A stretch of 63,104 bases of DNA, counting the filler, from Globobulimina sp. (taxonomy: Eukaryota): NCBI GenBank assembly GCA_003354225.1. It is 15 parts of 15 records of this genome, joined end to end, with 100 filler letters (N's around TTAATTAATTAA, not from the genome) between each part and the next. Parts side by side here need not be neighbours in the genome. Positions count along the whole stretch, not along the records: positions 58,997 to 63,104 come from PIVH01001601.1; 14 more parts are not named here. One strand, written 5' to 3'. This document shows positions 60,480 through 63,104 of the stretch, piece by piece. The notes below the pieces were generated by a model. It was not told the DNA's origin. It was given only the letters and a program-made list of their open reading frames with translations, and did not search any database. The position numbers and the translations under genes were made by a program. The first letter of the stretch is position 1, and every line of letters begins with the position of its first letter.

Positions 60480-63104
60480 AGAATTTTGATATGTTGTTCC
60501 ATAGAGCGCCTTCAAAACATCCCAAAACTCCTAACTCTCCAAAAACTCCCAACTCTCCAAAACCCTCCACTAAACCTAAAACAACACAAAAAACTGCAAA
60601 AAAAGCAACACACAAAAAAATCAAAAGAAAGCAAACATTTACCCCTCAGCAAATTACTAATTATCGAAAAATGGCTATACAAAATAATATTACTAAAGAT
60701 TATACTGAACCGGAATTAAATTGTAAAACATTAACTGAACTACTTAGTATATGTAATAAATGGGAGATTCGGGTTAAATCAAGTAAAAAAAAAAATGTGA
60801 TTCAACAGATTTACAATCATCGTCGCAACCAACCTTGGTTCAGGGCATATATTCAAAAATATTTCAATCCCAAACCACCACCAACTAAGAAACGTAGAGT
60901 TGCTTCATTTGTTTTTCCAAAATCAGGAAAAACACCCAAACCTACAAAACATCCAAAAACTCCTAAACCACAACTAACTACAAAACCTACAAAACCTCAC
61001 AAATCTCAAAAAAAATCAAAATACTCGAAAACTACAAAAAGCACTGAAGAATTGCAAAAAATTGATGTTAATTTACAAAAATTAGAGCTTAATACAGCTC
61101 CAAAAGCAACTTTCGAAATAATGGACAAAATTAATCTTTGTAAATTAGCAACTTCATTTCCTGCTGGTTGGACTAAAAAAATTATTAAACAATTGCAAAC
61201 TTTGCAAAAGCAAAAAGGTAAAATATCAATAAATGATTTTTGGGCTATACATACAAAAATGGGGAAGAGATCAAAAATAAAATCTGATAATATCAAATCA
61301 TGGCAAAAGAATAACGTACAAATTTTGTTTTATGGACAAGATTTTGTAGAAAATGTGTGGAAGAAAAAACAAATTCCAGTGAAATTTGCTGATAATGTTT
61401 GTGCATTTTGTTATAAAAAATTTCATTCCAAAAAAGCTGTAGCAGCACATCGCACAAAATGTAAGAAGTTTATCAGAAAAAAAAATGCACAGATTAAAAG
61501 AAAACAATATCATGTTGCAAATTATGACCCTGTTGACAGGCATGAAAAGTATGAAAAAAAAGAAAAAGAAAAAAACCTTAAAACAGACAAAGAAAAAAAT
61601 GAGGAAGAAAGACTCGCTTACTGGAAAACAGGCAATCCAGACAATAAATTACACGATCAACAGTTTACTAAAAAAGCAGCCCTCAAATTTCATGAAAAAC
61701 AAAAAAAATATCATTTAATACAATGTCAAGAATGTTTTGAGCGATGGTATAGAGCTTTAAATTTACAATTTATACAAGAAAAGAAACATCATTGCAGTGG
61801 ATGTGCAGAATATTGTCCACAAAATACAATACCATATTATTGCCAAAAATGTAAAACTGGATGATTTTATTGCAATAATTGTGTGAATGAAAAAAAAAAC
61901 AAAAAATGTGAAAACGCAAAATGCCAAAAAAAAAACAAAAAATATGGCTCAAAAATATTAAAAAAATATATTTGTTCGAAATGTGAGTTACAATTGAAAA
62001 AAATTAAATGTAAAAATCCAGAATTTTCAGTTACATTGTTTGGAAAAGCAAATAATATGCACCCAGGTACTTTCCCAAAATTCGTGCAAGAGATGACAAT
62101 GATAGAAAGATTATTAGTTTCTCCCATAATTCACAAAGCACCCATTTATAGAGTTAAAGGAGGATCTCACCGTTATGCTGGAAATATTATTAATTTCATA
62201 CAACATACTGAAGAAATTATTGAAGAACTTCCGCGATTACCGCAAGATTTAAACATATTAATTATTAGGAGCTCACAAAACAGTTTAAAAAAAAATAAAA
62301 ACTTTGAAATTAATCGCAAACGTGTACGCGAATTTTGTCATTGGGCAGTAAACCAAAACTTACCAGGATGGAATAAAATTCGAGTCTCTGAAGAAAATAT
62401 TAATAAATTACCAGTAAATGGTGTACCTGAAACTCTACCTACGGTTATAGATGATACAATAGATGAGATCGAAATAGCTGACGGACCTGGCTATAATGAT
62501 GCATATTTGGACAATGAAAAAAAAAATGAAAGAGAAGATTCTGATGAAACTGCGGAAAAACCATTCATTTCTTGCGGCATAACTGTTCCAGGCAAAGAGC
62601 AATTGCAGTCTAAAAAAATTGAACACATTTTAAATTGGCCAAGCACAGACAACAACGCAGTAAGCGAATTTTTAACTAGTAGTTTATGTAGCAAAGTATT
62701 CCCCACATTATTTCCTAATGGAACAGGAGATCCCACAAATTCAAACAGAATTCGCAGTGTAAAAGATTTTGCTGCTGCTGTTAAACATTTGCTTAAGTTT
62801 GCGTACCAACAAGAAGATGGAAAATGGTTTTACCCTTACGCAGCACATCCAACTTTTGCATTTTGGTGTTTAAATATGATACAAAGACATAGAGCCTTAA
62901 AAAGTGCAAATTTATATTTAACAAAACACCCTGAAGATCAAGAATTAACGGTGGAGGAAATTTTAGAGGAATTACAAACTACGAATAAAAAACCACAATT
63001 TTTAAAAAGAATTCAACGTTGGAGTGAGAACATCACAGGTTCCACAGGATATTGGCACGCACACACTAAAAAATTGCGAAATGGACTCGAACAATTGAAT
63101 TCTG
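59372..63104 (+). CDS. USP (peptidase C19) - K/P/T-rich linker - SAP-like - C2H2-like - ZZ-like finger - DUF6570 - Helitron Rep N-terminus; one frame with a single TGA at 61862-61864
   Basis: USP motifs CWLNSSAQ, EQDA, CEHC, IHLKRF, VVNHYG...GHY, NDD. The frame after the TGA is the same as before it. Confidence 0.85.
60451..60480 (+). repeat. (GAT)n microsatellite encoding poly-Asp
   Basis: TGATGATGAT... run directly after the USP domain linker. Confidence 0.9.

Larger units (their letters stand above)
58997..63104 (+). mobile_element. 5' part of a Helitron-like (Helitron2/Helentron-type) rolling-circle transposon
   Basis: Frame 61865-63104 (not in the ORF track, open to the end) reads NNMHPG..LLVSP..GNIINF.Q..LPRLP..RKRV...FPTLFPNGTGD..KHLL..AHPTFAFWCLNMIQRHR..ITGSTGYW. 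This is the DUF6570 plus Helitron_like_N region that precedes the Rep HUH motifs. Confidence 0.85.

Noticed and set aside
23116-61864. Alternative genetic code (TAR=Gln or TGA=Trp) to explain the in-frame stops
   Set aside because: Conserved genes end at TAA (glutaredoxin, first P4H) and TGA (second P4H) where expected, and long Gln- and Trp-rich ORFs use standard codons. The isolated stops look like point lesions.
33193-63104. Physical linkage of the hairpin cassette to the Helitron-like ORF
   Set aside because: They are on different contigs; only a family-level relationship can be hypothesised.
1-63104. tRNA, rRNA, snRNA genes or telomeric repeats
   Set aside because: None recognisable by eye; a covariance-model search would be needed to exclude divergent ones.

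Overview
This window is not one locus. It is 15 unrelated ~4.1 kb contigs (4117 down to 4108 nt, length-sorted) joined by artificial 100-nt spacers (44 N + TTAATTAATTAA + 44 N). The DNA is AT-rich and eukaryotic, with mostly short (~50-95 nt) GT-AG introns and very compact gene spacing. The gene families suggest a rhizarian, probably foraminiferan, genome (inference). Recognisable genes: an MDC1-like FHA-repeat-BRCT protein, Gemin5, condensin CAP-D2, two prolyl 4-hydroxylases, a PPR protein, an MPPED-like metallophosphoesterase, an ABHD17-like hydrolase, a GH116 glucosylceramidase, a glutaredoxin, and several lineage-expanded F-box-like, SPRY, LRR and Cys-rich proteins. Mobile elements: a DIRS-order (tyrosine-recombinase) retrotransposon, a degenerate APE-RT-RNase H LINE, and a Helitron-like element. 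Most notable observations: (1) the Helitron-like reading frame begins with a ubiquitin-specific protease domain with an intact Cys/His/Asp triad, and is broken only by one in-frame TGA; (2) a 125-nt element with 31-bp perfect terminal inverted repeats makes up almost all of a 129-nt intron and splices out cleanly (introner-like); (3) two adjacent GAA-loop, G.A-mismatch DNA hairpins sit where a gene breaks off; (4) a pVHL-beta-like domain is fused to a prolyl hydroxylase that lies head-to-head with a Pro/Thr-rich secreted protein; (5) head-to-head gene pairs with only 53-82 nt between start codons recur. All domain calls come from motif reading by eye; no searches were run.
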